A stretch of DNA of 64,000 bases from Octopus sinensis (Eukaryota): the NCBI RefSeq assembly GCF_006345805.1, contig NC_042997.1, positions 16,616,001-16,680,000 of the forward strand, in the 5' to 3' direction. How positions within the stretch are numbered: position 1 is the stretch's first letter; each line of letters opens with the position of its first letter. Below the pieces are notes generated by a model. The model worked only from the letters and a program-made list of their open reading frames with translations, searched no databases and had not been told where the DNA came from. The translations under genes were made by a program, and so were the position numbers. Positions 25,346-37,193 of the stretch are shown here, one piece after another.

Positions 25346-25762
25346 GTTGTTCGCTGTCTCCAGACGCCAAATCGGAAAGCAGCACGTGCAAGTGCAAGCA
25401 CTCCAGAAACTGCTAGAGGCTTAGCTACTATGCAGCAACAGAATTTGGTCAAAAAAGTTGCTGGAAAATTGGGTGCCAAACTAGGCCTAATTGACTCCAA
25501 AACACGCATGACTCACAATAGTTCCCCTTCCAAAAGAAATGTCAAATCCAGAATTTCCCAACCAAAGACAACTATGCGTAATGGAGTACATTCTAATGAT
25601 CTCAGAACTAAAAAGCGTTCCCCTGGACGGCCTTCACTAAAGCAGAAGTTGCAAGACAGGGTGAACCATGTTAAAACCTCAGTCCATATTGTTTCAGAAT
25701 CAAAGAAAAGATCTGTTGTTGTGCGCAATAGTAAATCAAGTGTGTTACGATCTCTTTCTAAG
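25346..25762 (+). CDS. JARID2: JARID2 exon D (phase 0 to 0), basic low-complexity region
   Basis: ttttatcag|GTT GTT CGC; 139 open codons; donor AAG|gtatgt. Confidence 0.82.
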
Positions 25763-26948
25763 GTATGTCTGTCTGTGTGTCTACTCAACTCTCTCTCTTA
25801 AATTTTCTATATTATTAATCTCATTCTTGTCAGTCATCATCATATTTCATTATTTTTCATTTACAATTACCATATTTGATGATATATAAAACACACCTTT
25901 CTTTTTCCAAAAAAGATATCTTCTAAAAATCACCCTGGGTCCTTCCTAAATGTGAAGTTCAACCTATATTGCATGCTTTAATGCACTGAAAACATTTTTC
26001 CTGAATATGTGCTGCAGAAACTGGAGTGCATCTAATATGGCTTCTATGCCATCAAGTACAATATGTTCATGTGTTTAAAAGATAAATATTTATTATTATT
26101 ATTAATATTACTATGATTTATTTAAAAAATTATGAAATATCGTCACTTTATTTTTATATGTAAACAAGTCTTCAACTTTTGTTTTGATCCTGGTAGAAGA
26201 AATATGAGAATATACTTGTGCCCCATTCCTGGCATAACACCTGTTCATTCACTTTAAGGCTTTAATTAAGCATTGTTAGGTTAATAAAAACGTTAATACC
26301 AAAATGAGAAATGCATTGCAAATGAGGCTTGCCAGCCATCACAATTGAACAGTGTTAGTGAAGATCTGAGTTTAATCCTTCAAGATATTTCTAGCAAAGA
26401 ACACACCTTCTGAGTTTTAATTAGTTTTGAAAATAACAATTTAGAAAGTTTTAGAAGATTAAGTAATTATTTTGGTATCAGCTTGGTATTTGGGACATTG
26501 ATTAACAAATGGTTCTTACATTTAATTATGATAGAATTTTGATTTAGCTGTGAGTACTTGAACCCTTTAGATACTATCCCGCCTGAGACTGTCCTTGGTT
26601 CTATGATGCTTCCTGATCTAAGGCGATCTAAAAACTTCCCATCAAAATTTCATATTTATGTCCCAAACACCAGCTTATTAATGGAAATTATCTTACAAAA
26701 TTCTTCATTATTTTCAAAAATAATTGAAACTTAAGTAGTTTATTTCAAAAGAAACTCAGTAACAAAAAGGTGAAAAAACGCAGTTTGTATTATTTGACCA
26801 GTGCAGGTTTCAGATAGGTTTATATAAAAGAGGTTAAACCTTGTAATTATTGAAAAGAATCGGTACACCACTGCTTTAGACTATTGTTGTCTGGACACTC
26901 CTTGTGACTGTTATGGTTATGTTGAGCCTGATTTGTTCCTGATACTTC

Positions 26949-27180
26949 TTAGCCCTTTCGATACCAATCTGGCTGAAACCACCTCTGGCTCTGTAGTAGA
27001 AATGTCTTGTTTTCAGAAGTTTTGAATTAAAATCTTCCACCAGACCTTAGTCACAGTTTATGTTCCTAACCCCAGCTTAATGATAACTAAGTTATTTTAC
27101 TAAATTCTTTGTTATATTTAAAATTAATTGAACGAAACACAGAATATCTCACAATAAATATGGTAATGAAAGAGTTAGTT
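26949..27180. mobile_element. Second piggyBac-like MITE family (related copies near 19900-20072, 26550-26770, 56280-56500, 60575-60800)
   Basis: Degenerate (T)TAACCCTTT(C/T)GATACC ends and shared internal AT-rich sequence between copies. Confidence 0.6.
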
Positions 27181-27636
27181 TAAGTATTTCTTGCATAATT
27201 TAAACTACTTTTAGCTTTGCTATGCTATTGATTTCTAGCTCCAAAACATTGGATTGACCTCTGCTTCAATTATTTCATTATGTATATTTAATCAGTCCAC
27301 TTAATTCTATATAACCTATATTCATGTAGTTATTCAGGAAAGATAAGGGATTACTTGAGAATATTTATTATCCATAATACATTGGTGTTCTATCCATAGA
27401 AGATTTAGCTCTCATCTTCTTAAACAGCTTTAAACTTGAAATAAGTACTAATTCTTAAAAGTCCTTTTTGAGTTCCAGGAAACATTAAATATATTTGTTA
27501 TTATTGTCTCTATCTCCTGGTAGAAGAGGATTTGACTGGGCTATGGTCCTTAGATTAATATAAACATAATCTCTTTCTTCAGATTATATATATAAAATTA
27601 GCCTGCTGACTTCCTATTAACTAAGATAAGTGTGTG

Positions 27637-27682
<46 letters not shown>

Positions 27683-27953
27683 TTTTAGAAGGTTGTTTGT
27701 TGTGACCAGTCAGAGGGTGGACATTGGTTTTGCATCTATAAAGCGCTTAACTATATAGGTGACTTATCAGAGTGGCCAGAATTTATGTACTTCTGGCCAT
27801 TTGAGTCTGATGAGTCGCCTATGCAGCTAACTGCTTGATAGGTGCAAAACCAATGGTCACTCTCTGACCAGCTATAACAATCAACCTTCTAAATATATTT
27901 CTTTTTGATGTTTTAGAGTGAGTGTTTTTTGGATATATGAACTACTGACAATC

Positions 27954-28134
27954 ATCATCATCATCATCATCGTTTAACGTCCGTTTTCTATGCTAGCATG
28001 GGTTGGACGGTTCAACTGGGGTCTGGGAAGCCAGAAGGCTGCGCCAGGCCCAGTCTGATCTGGCAGTGTTCAGACTGGGCCTGGCGCAGCCTGCTGGCTT
28101 CCCAGACCCCAGTTGAACCGTCCAACCCATGCTA
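27954..28134. repeat. Fold-back palindrome derived from an RTE 3' end
   Basis: 65-bp arms at 27994-28058 and 28070-28134, one mismatch, 11-nt loop. Confidence 0.93.
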
Positions 28135-28236
28135 ATGTACATCTCTTTTCTTCTCAATGTGTAAGTAAAAAAATTAAATAACCATCTTCCAGTTACTGGA
28201 ATCACATTAAGATATAAATCTTGAAATTTGTTTCAG

Positions 28237-29179
28237 AACTCCAACAATTCCTACTGCAATAATAACAGTGCTCAGTCCCAAAAACCATTTTGCAAAACAC
28301 AGACTCATGGGAAATCCTTGAGAACATCTGTCATTTCACAAAAAAGCCATTCCAATAGTGTTCTACCTGTGGTGCCTTTGAAGAAACTCTCTGAAAATGT
28401 GCCTAATCGACGAAAACATAGAGGACGTAATAAACTGCAGTCTAGTCAAATTGATAAACTGAAAAACAAAGTGCGAAAGCAGAGAAATGCACAGGATAAC
28501 TTATCCACTACAACTGAACCTCACTCTAGGAGCAGGACTCGTCGAGACACTGGTAACCCCAGTTCAAATAGAAGGCAACGAGGACAGTATGTTTTAGTAC
28601 CAAGATCACGGACTATAGAGCCCCAGTCAAGGGTTCAGCCATCCCGGTTTTCAAAACGCCTCTCTTTGTTGGCTCAACGAGCAGCTATTGATGTTGAAAA
28701 CAAAGTTAAATCATCTGGTTTAAAAGGATCCAAGACAGCTCAAGAAGAGTCTACTGTTGGCCCATCTTCTACATTACTGCCATCTTCAGCAGTGCCTTTG
28801 CCAACCGTAACTTCTTCTGGTACACCTTCTCTCACACAGTTGACCAATTCCACAAACACCTCAAATCATCACTTAGCATCTTCGCACCATTATTCACAAT
28901 CACTCAATCAAGTTTCACCCTCCATAAAGGCAATTAACTCTGGTATTTCTGACAAAAAGAAACTCAATATTCTGAAAATGATGAAACTTAGAATGCCCAC
29001 AAGAGAGCAGCTGAAACTAGCTCGAATCATAGAAAAGCGACGTGGTAAGAAGAACTGCGTGGCTTCAGTGACTCCTGCAACAGACACAACTTCCAAATCA
29101 TTACCACAGCTTTCAAATGAAAATCCTAAACCAAAAGAAAATGTTCCTTCGTATGAAAAGCGCCGTGGAAGACCACCTA
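28237..29179 (+). CDS. JARID2: JARID2 exon E (phase 0 to 1), 943-nt Ser/Thr/Lys/Arg-rich exon ending in an AT-hook-like RRGRPP
   Basis: Lies inside ORF 28228-29232; tttcag|AAC TCC; donor CCT A|gtgagt; phase 1 matches the next exon. Confidence 0.87.
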
Positions 29180-29487
29180 GTGAGTATTATTATATCGTTT
29201 ATTGTTTGCTTGTTTCTGTTATTGGACTGTGACCATGCTGGGACACTGCCTTGAAGGATTTTATTTGAACAAATAAAATCCTTCAGTTCTGATTATGTTT
29301 TACTTCATTACCTGGTTTAACATTGAACCACACTGTCCTTGGTTGTAAGCATTTGGAGCCAGTTCTTTGGTTTCAGGATATTTCCCTTTCTCCTGGAAGG
29401 TCCTGAAAAATGAAAAATCATAGGCACTACTGTAGGGGATGGGGGGAATCATCTATGGTAAGTGGATTAGTTCAATTTGCTATATAT

Positions 29488-29815
29488 CATCATCATCGTT
29501 TAACGTCCGCTTTCCATGCTAGCATGGGTTGGACGGTTCAACTGGGGTCTGGCAAGCCCGAAGGCTACACCAGGCCAGTCAGATCTGGCAGTGTTTCTAC
29601 AGCTGGATGCCCTTCCTAACGCCAACCACTCTGAGAGTGTAGTGGGTGATTTTATGTGCCACCGACACAGGTGCCAGACGAGGCTGGCAGACGGCCACGC
29701 TCGGATGGTGTTTTTTATGTGCCACCGACACAGGTGCCAGACGAGGCTGGCAGATGGCCACGCTCGGATGGTGTTTTTTATGTGCCACCGACACAGGTGC
29801 CAGACGAGGCTGGCA
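29488..29815 (-). mobile_element. RTE 3'-end fragment
   Basis: Near-identical to the reverse complement of about 14450-14780. Confidence 0.9.
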
Positions 29816-30054
29816 GCTCTATAAATTTTGGTTGCGTGTGATTTTGGTTACGTGTGATCAACATTGCAATGTGCAGGATGTGTTTCCATTTATTTATGTT
29901 TTTGAGGATGCAATAAAAAAAAAAAAAGAATGCCACAGTATTACCTTTCACTTCTCAGTAAACTGAAGGTCTTGTCTATGTAAGGAATAAATCTTAACAA
30001 TGTATTTCTATGCTTTATTTTTATATATATATATTTTTTTTTTTTCTAATACAG

Positions 30055-30260
30055 TTGGGAAGAAATCTGAACAAAGTTCTGAAGAAGAAGTTAAATGTGA
30101 TTCTTTTCCAGAGGAAGGAGAACCAGCACAAATTGTGGACATTCCAATTTTTTATCCGTCAGATGAAGAATTTCAAGACCCCTTAGCCTACATAGAATCT
30201 GTCAAAACACAAGCCGAACCATTTGGAATGTGCAAAATTGTACCCCCAGCTTCATGGAAG
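30055..30260 (+). CDS. JARID2: JARID2 exon F (phase 1 to 0), JmjN domain
   Basis: IPIFYPSDEEFQDPLAYIESVKTQAEPFGMCKIVPPASWK; acag|TT and AAG|gtattg. Confidence 0.96.
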
Positions 30261-30604
30261 GTATTGCATGGCTTTATATTTTGGTTTCCTTATCTTCTTA
30301 TATTTCCATATCTCTGCTGCCATATTGATTTTTTTTAAAAATTACCAGAAGAGTGAGTATCATCAATTAAACTGATCTTGATATATGATTGATAGTTGTG
30401 TTCTCCCAGAAAGATGACAGGAATAATTGACTGTGATGGTAATCAAATTCAGAATCTGAAGGGAAGTAAATAAATACTGACATTCATTCTGACCCAGTAC
30501 TGTTTCTGTTTTTTGCCACATTGGAATGTTCTTGAGGAATAAAGTACTTCAGCATTCATAGAGAACTACATTTTTGTTTCATTAAATTAGGAAAGCATAT
30601 TTTT

Positions 30605-30910
30605 GTCATCACGTGATCACGTGACCAACCAGACCATCAGATGTTTTACACATCGCTGGTCACAATGCATTCGCATTGTTTTAGCCTTCGAATGACGCCA
30701 CCCCGCTGGCTAAGTGAGCAGGCCAACAGTAGAAAGAGTGAGAGAAAGAGTGGTGAAAGAGTACAGCAGGGATCACCATCCCCTGCCGGAGCATCGTGGA
30801 GCTTTTGGGTGTTTTCGCTCAATAAACACTCACAACGCCTGGTCTGGGAATCAAAACCGCGATCCTACGACCGCGAGTCCGCTGCCCTAACCACTAGGCC
30901 ATTGCGCCTC
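30605..30910 (-). mobile_element. tRNA-derived SINE, same head as 45699 with a different 3' part
   Basis: Reverse complement begins ggaggcgcaatggcctagtggttagggcagcggactcgcggtcgtaggatcgcggttttgattcccagacc. Confidence 0.85.
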
Positions 30911-31296
30911 CACATATTTTTGTAGGTTTGTAAATTATCTCTGTAGCAGAACCTCAGGCTGGATGTTTTCACATTATTTAGTTTGGTTCTGTATGAAAGG
31001 TGAAGATGACCTCAGTGGCATTTGAACTCAGAATGTAAAGAGCTGTAAGAAATGCTGCCAAGCATTTTGTCCTGTTCATTAATGATTCTTCCAAATGCCA
31101 CCTGAGAAAGAGAGAGCTAAATATTGGGAAAGTGTAGAGTTACAATTTCTACTAAACCAGCACTTTATTACAACAATAATTAGCAAATTAGTGACAAATG
31201 AATTTTAACAAAAATTAATTCCAGTAGCTGTTTAGTTTTATATATATATATATATATATATATACTTTATTTAAAGCAGCAGAAAATTCAACAAAA

Positions 31297-31336
31297 TCTG
31301 TTACTCTGAGTTTCCCGTTGCCGTTCATCAGGCATT
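31297..31336 (-). ncRNA. Degenerate minimal hammerhead motif (Penelope-type)
   Basis: Minus strand AUGC-CUGAUGA-ACG-GCAA-CGG-GAAA-CUC-A-GAG-UA-ACAG; core intact, with mismatches in stem I and at the base of stem II. Confidence 0.62.
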
Positions 31337-31490
31337 TATGTGTTTACTCCGGTATATATATATATATATATATATACACCTTATTGGCATGCATTTATTT
31401 ATTATCACTTAAAAGATTTGATCAATTTCTATATTTCACCCATCACATAGATTATGAAAGCATAATAAAAAGTTTTTTTTCTTGTTTTAG

Positions 31491-31561
31491 CTTGAAAGCT
31501 GTATTAATGAAGAAATGAGATTTACAAGCCAAGTGCAATATATACACAAAATGTTAAATCG
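31491..31561 (+). CDS. JARID2: JARID2 exon G (phase 0 to 2)
   Basis: ttttag|CTT GAA AGC; LESCINEEMRFTSQVQYIHKMLN; donor CG|gtaag. Confidence 0.93.
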
Positions 31562-32463
31562 GTAAGTAATATATTTACAATAATATATATGTGTGTGTGT
31601 GTGTGTGTGTGTATAAGAAATATATTGGGTATGCATATATATATGTTTTAATAGTAATTCTAATGAATGTATTGAACATTTAAGATATTTCTCCTGATGT
31701 GTTATTAGTATTTACTTCAATGGAAGCTTAGTTCGTTTCGTATGAATGCAATCTTTGCTATGGTCTTCTACATTTCTTTCTCTTCCAACTTTCAAAATTC
31801 TTCCTAAAAAAGTGGGTTTTCAAAGTCCAAATAGTTTTAGCAATAATTTAGTACCAATAATTACTACCAATAATTTTTAGTCATCAGGCAAAAAAAAAAA
31901 AATTAAAATAACAGTGATTGTATGTGATGGGGGAACAAACCTTGATTTCTTCACGCAACCAAGAGAGCTTTTTCTATTCTCTTGCATTTCAGCTACTAAG
32001 TTCAACATATTTTGCTACTCTACTGTTGCTTTTATTTGTGCATTCAACAGATATCTGTAAAAAAAACTTCACATAAATCAAATGTCACAAATTGCAAACA
32101 ATCTGCAATGCATTTTAATGTGAACAGCTGGGCTTAAAAATGTTGGAAGACATTGCTTAATGATCGTTGAAATGGAAGTTGACAATTAAATGTTACCTTT
32201 TATTCTCTTAGATAACTAATTAAGTGATAATGATTGTGAGTTTAAGTACTAGACTATTGATTACATGAATTACAAACTGAAACTGCACAACAAAGTAATG
32301 AGCTGTAAAACCCTGGAAACTTCTGGTGGTGGTGGTGGCTGCTGCTGCTGCTAATTAAGGTGCCAGTCTGTGGCAGTAGATTGGCAGAATTGTTAAAATG
32401 TTCAGTGAGATACCTTTTTGTATTTGTGTCAAGTCTTAGCATTTTGAATTCAAATTCAGCCAA

Positions 32464-32616
32464 TCATCATTTAACGTCCACTTTCCATGCTAGCATGGGT
32501 TGGACGATTTGACTGAGGACTGGCAAACCAGATGGCTGCACCAGGCTCCAATCTGATCTGGCAGAGTTTCTACAGCTGGATGCCCTTCCTAATGCCAACC
32601 ACTCTGAGAGTGTAGT
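32464..32616 (-). mobile_element. RTE 3'-end fragment (variant subfamily)
   Basis: catcatttaacgtccactttccatgctagcatgggttggacgatttgactgagg...gagagtgtagt. Confidence 0.85.
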
Positions 32617-32628
32617 AAAAGAAGTACT

Positions 32629-32701
32629 CGCCCAACGTGGGGCTTGAACCCATGACCCCGAGATTAAGAGTTTTGTGCTCTACCGACTGAGCTAGCTGGG
32701 C
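32629..32701 (-). pseudogene. tRNA-Lys(CTT) pseudogene or degenerate gene
   Basis: GCCCAGC TA GCTC AGTCGGTA GAGC A CAAAA CTCTTAA TCTCG GGGTC ATGGG TTCAAGC CCCAC GTTGGGC G (73 nt). Acceptor and D stems are intact; the anticodon stem has two A-C mismatches and the T stem has one. Confidence 0.88.
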
Positions 32702-32941
32702 TACTAAAATGTGCAGTACTAATCCCCCCAGTCACAACTACATTTGATAATGAGAGCTGGGTGGAGAAGGATGATGGCCATCTGCTACCACAGTCAAATG
32801 ATGATGATGCCAGCACCAATGGCAATGATGATACATTTGTTTATTATTTTTTTTATTATGAACTTCATTAACATATTGATAATTCAAAGTGTCTTATATT
32901 ACCTTTTAAAATTCCTGTTTTCTTTTCTTATAATTATATAG

Positions 32942-33023
32942 ATGGGGTCCAAATATACAGCAGATGGAATGCATAAAGAAACATCTTTCCTCAGTTGGCA
33001 TTGAATTGACTGAACCTCCACTG
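32942..33023 (+). CDS. JARID2: JARID2 exon H (phase 2 to 0), start of ARID
   Basis: tatag|A TGG GGT CCA; [27 protein letters not shown]; donor CTG|gtaaat. Confidence 0.93.
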
Positions 33024-33106
33024 GTAAATAATCCTTTCTATTACTATTAAGCCCCTTCAAACAAAAGACATGCACATACACTAAGCGCGCACACACACAC
33101 ACACAC

Positions 33107-33140
<34 letters not shown>

Positions 33141-33621
33141 ACAATACTCACACCTGCAAGCACACAGTCATAAATATATACACAAGCACTCACTCTTGCA
33201 ACGCATCTATGTGCAAGGCAGTTAACTGTTTTAGAGCTGCTGAATTCAAGTTCAACCACAAGTACAAGATATGATGTCTGTCAGTGGCACCTAACAACTC
33301 TCAGTAGGTTAGTTTTTCTCAAGTTGGGACATACACCCCCACTAGTGAGGTGTGGAAGTATTTTGATTTGTTTTTTTTTCATACTTCAGAATGGGGTGTA
33401 AGTAATCAATAAAACTTGTTATAAAGTTTTAATTAAAACTTGTTTTAAATATTTATATGCTATATATTAACTTTTTTTTATACTTGTATGTCTAAATTTA
33501 ACATCTATTTTTCGATGCTGGCACGAGTTGGACCATTTGACAAGAGTTGGCATGGTTTCTACAGCTGGGTTCCCTTCCTAACACCCAACCACTCTACAGA
33601 GTGTACTGGGTATATTTTATG

Positions 33622-34305
33622 CGGCACCAGCACAAGTGCTTGTAACGTGGCACCAACACAAGTGCTTCTAATGTGGCACCGGCACAAGTGCTTCTAATGT
33701 GGCACTGACACAAGTGCTTCTAACGTGGCACCGGCAGAAGTGCTTCTAACATGGCACCGGCAGAAGTGCTTCTAACGTGGCACCAGCACAAGTGCTTCTA
33801 ACGTGGCACCGGCACAAGTGCTTCTAATGTGGCACTGGCACAAGTGCTTCTAGCGTGGAACTGGCACAAGTGCCTTTAACGTGGAACTGGCACAAGTGCT
33901 TCTAACGTGGCACCGGCACAAGTGCTTCTAACGTGGAACTGGCACAAGTGCTTCTAACGTGGAACTGGCACAAGTGCTTCTAACGTGGCACTGGCACAAG
34001 TGCTTCTAACGTGACACTGGCACAAGTGCTTCTAACGTGGCACCGGCAGAAGTGCTTCTAACGTGGCACCGGCAGAAGTGCTTCTAACGTGGCACCAGCA
34101 CAAGTGCTTCTAACGTGGCACCGGCAGAAGTGCTTCTAACGTGGCACCAGCACAAGTGCTTCTAACGTGGCACCGGCAGAAGTGCTTCTAACGTGGCACC
34201 AGCACAAGTGCTTCTAACGTGGCACCGGCAGAAGTGCTTCTAACGTGGCACCGGCACAAGTGCTTCTAACGTGGCACCAGCACAAGTGCTTCTAACGTGG
34301 CACTG
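33622..34305. repeat. 26-bp minisatellite, about 26 copies
   Basis: Unit tggcac(c/t)(g/a)gca(c/g)aagtgcttctaacg, embedded in an old RTE-tail-like repeat that begins near 33510. Confidence 0.93.
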
Positions 34306-34509
34306 CCATGTGTGCTTTCAATGTGGTGCTAGCATGAATGCTTTGAGTGTGGCACCAATACAACTACTTTGAATGTGACCCTGGCACATGTGTGTGTGAT
34401 GGCTTTTCTAAAATACAATCTCTGTTCCAATATGTAACTTTAGATCAAAACTCTTGCCAATTGTATTCATGAAATGTACATTTAAATAATAATTTTTTTA
34501 AATTTCAAG

Positions 34510-34635
34510 ATTGGTGGCATAGAATTAGATTTAGCTCGTCTGTACCTGAGTGTCAAAGAGTATGGAGGACTACAGAATGTAATGGATAAGAAGAAATGGA
34601 GCAAAGTAGCTGATATGGTTAAAATTCCAAAACAA
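34510..34635 (+). CDS. JARID2: JARID2 exon I (phase 0 to 0), ARID core
   Basis: IGGIELDLARLYLSVKEYGGLQNVMDKKKWSKVADMVKIPKQ; ttcaag| and |gtaag. Confidence 0.95.
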
Positions 34636-34742
34636 GTAAGTATTGCTTTTCAGTTTTCATTTGTTTCAGACTATTTTATTATCAATGGTTTAGTCTTAGA
34701 GTTTATTTATAACTTTTTCTTTCCTCCTGTCTAATTTAATAG

Positions 34743-34934
34743 GCCCAGGATCGGACTACAAAGCTCTACAATGCTTACTGCAAATATCTGCTCTCTTATG
34801 AAATGCTTTCTGAAGAGGAAAAGACGAAAATTTTGCATCAAGTAACAGACGAACGTTTGCAACAACTACAGCAACGACAGAATGGAATGTCTCGGCAACA
34901 CACAGAAGACACCATAGATTGTTGTGTTGCAAAG
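34743..34934 (+). CDS. JARID2: JARID2 exon J (phase 0 to 0), end of ARID
   Basis: AQDRTTKLYNAYCKYLLSYEMLSEEEK...DCCVAK; taatag| and AAG|gtaatg; follows a 107-nt intron. Confidence 0.94.
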
Positions 34935-37100
34935 GTAATGAGAAGAGCAAGCTTTGCAGTTTGCATTGTTTTTATTGCTATTTTTAAATAATCACGAGAA
35001 GAAAGGAGTTTGCACTTACCTGTTTTAGAACTTCTTTAAACTAGAGCTTGGGATGATTAATTGTTTGAAGTTAGTACAGTTAATGTTTAAATAACGAAAG
35101 GGAAGGCAGCAAGCCCTTTTGCATGCAGTGATTATTTGTTTCTCTGTCATTCTCTTATTTTCCTACATCAGCAATATTTTAATTTGATAATTATTACATT
35201 ATTTAAAGACCTTTACAAATGCCTTCCTAACAATTTCTTATGACTTTTTGTGGTGACTTTACTGCTTTCTATAATGAAGTATAGTTCTTGATGTGCATTT
35301 TTGACTTTGTCTTCAAATAGTTCAGCTGAATTCTGCTCATATACCTGGGAGAGAACAGCTGCTAGTCATGTATACATTCCTCCCTCCAAAAACAAAAACA
35401 AAAAAAGTTGAGGAGCAGGGGTCTTTCACATAATTAAGAATACCTTATTAACCAAAACACTACAGCCATTTGCTCACTGCCATCCTCCTTTCTACCTCTA
35501 CTGCACTTGGCCCTTCTTCCTTGCTCTCCTGAACTAACAAACAAGCTCTCTATCACTGCCACAATTTAAGTGCACCTGCATCTCCTTTTCCTAATCCTAA
35601 ATGTGGATTATTCATCAAGCTTTATAGTAAATACTTCACTGAATCAGTTATTGCTACACTTGCAAGTATCTAGAATTTCCTTTCAAACCATGTTTTTATC
35701 CCTATTGGTAACAACTTAAGGAAGTTTAAACTGGAAAATGATTACATTCACTTCACCAATTTAAATTGGTCTGCAAATATAATAAACACCACCTTTCTTT
35801 TTCAAACTAAATTATAGAAATATAAGTTATGGTAATTGCTGTATAGCAAGGTTACTATTTAATTTTTTTTTCTCCTTTTTCTCATTGATACATTTTGTAA
35901 TTTCATTGTAATGTATCAATATTAAAAAATTGCTACACATTGAGAAAGACGGGAGTGGAGCAGGAAAATGAATTTGATAATGTGGAAACTATCAGTATAC
36001 TCACATCCACATGAAAAAATATCAATATTGATGTATTCCTATGTGAGAGTAAGACACAAGATTTATAGTTCTTTTTTTAGTTCATAAATTTTGTTGATCA
36101 AATTCTTTTCTTTTCTCATTGGAATATTAGTAATTTTATGAAAATTGATATTTTACAATATTCATAAAACCACTGTTTAAGTTACTAGATTATCATCATC
36201 ATCATCATTTAACGTCTGCTTGCCATGCTGGCATAGGTTAGACGGTTTGACTGAGGACTGGAAAGCCAGAAGGCTGCGCCAGGCTCCAATCTGATCTGGC
36301 AAGGCATTCTACAGCTGAATGCCCTTCCTAATGCCAACCACTCTGGTAGAGCAATATACTTGCTACAGTGTTCTTACCATGACCAGTTATGAAGTAACTG
36401 TTCAGATTTAAATGTAAGCAATATCCAGCATTAAACTTTTGTATAAATTCTCTGTCAAAATAACTAAGTAAATATACTGTTAGCCACAACACACTATTTG
36501 TTATCAATTTTCTCCTAAATAATCTATAAATGTTCATCCCATTTACCTGTTCTGGAATTTGTCAGCAATTTAGCTAGAAGTAGACTCTTTTCATTTGTCT
36601 TTTAATCTTTTATTTGTTTCAGTCCATTAGACTGCAGCACATTTTGGGGCACCACTTTGAAGAGTTTTTAGATGAACAAATTGACTCCAGGGTTTTTTTT
36701 TTTTAAAGCCTGGTTCTTATTCTATTGGTCTCTTTTGCAAAACCACTAAATTATAGGAATGTAAACAAACCAACAGTTGTTAAGTGGTGGTGGAGCACAG
36801 ATACAAAGACACACATGACACTTCTTTCAGTTTCCATCTTCCAAATCCACTCACAAGGCTTTGGTTGGTTTAAAGACTCTTGCTCAAGGGGCCATGTAAT
36901 GTGACTGACCCTGGAACCATGTGGTCGGGAAACAAAGCTTTTTGCCAGACACGCCTGCACCTTATATCCAATATACCAAGATACATCTCTATTTGGTATT
37001 TGCTGTATAAATAAAAATTTCCACGAAAGTATGAATTGTGAATCAACGCATAACAATTTTAATGTACATATAAATATCTTTTAATCTTTAAAACTTCCAG

Positions 37101-37193
37101 GGTAAAACAACTTCCATCAATGCCTTCCAAAGAGTGTCTCGGAATGTACAGTCTATGTGGTTTCGAGATGATCCAACTCCAGAACAAGTTGAA
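37101..37193 (+). CDS. JARID2: JARID2 exon K (phase 0 to 0)
   Basis: ttccag|GGT AAA; GKTTSINAFQRVSRNVQSMWFRDDPTPEQVE; donor |gtaag. Confidence 0.93.

Noticed and set aside
33622-34305. CRISPR-like regular repeats (also the modular arrays at 4927-7335 and 13109-14780)
   Set aside because: Units are contiguous with no unique spacers, there are no cas genes, and the context is a eukaryotic intron.
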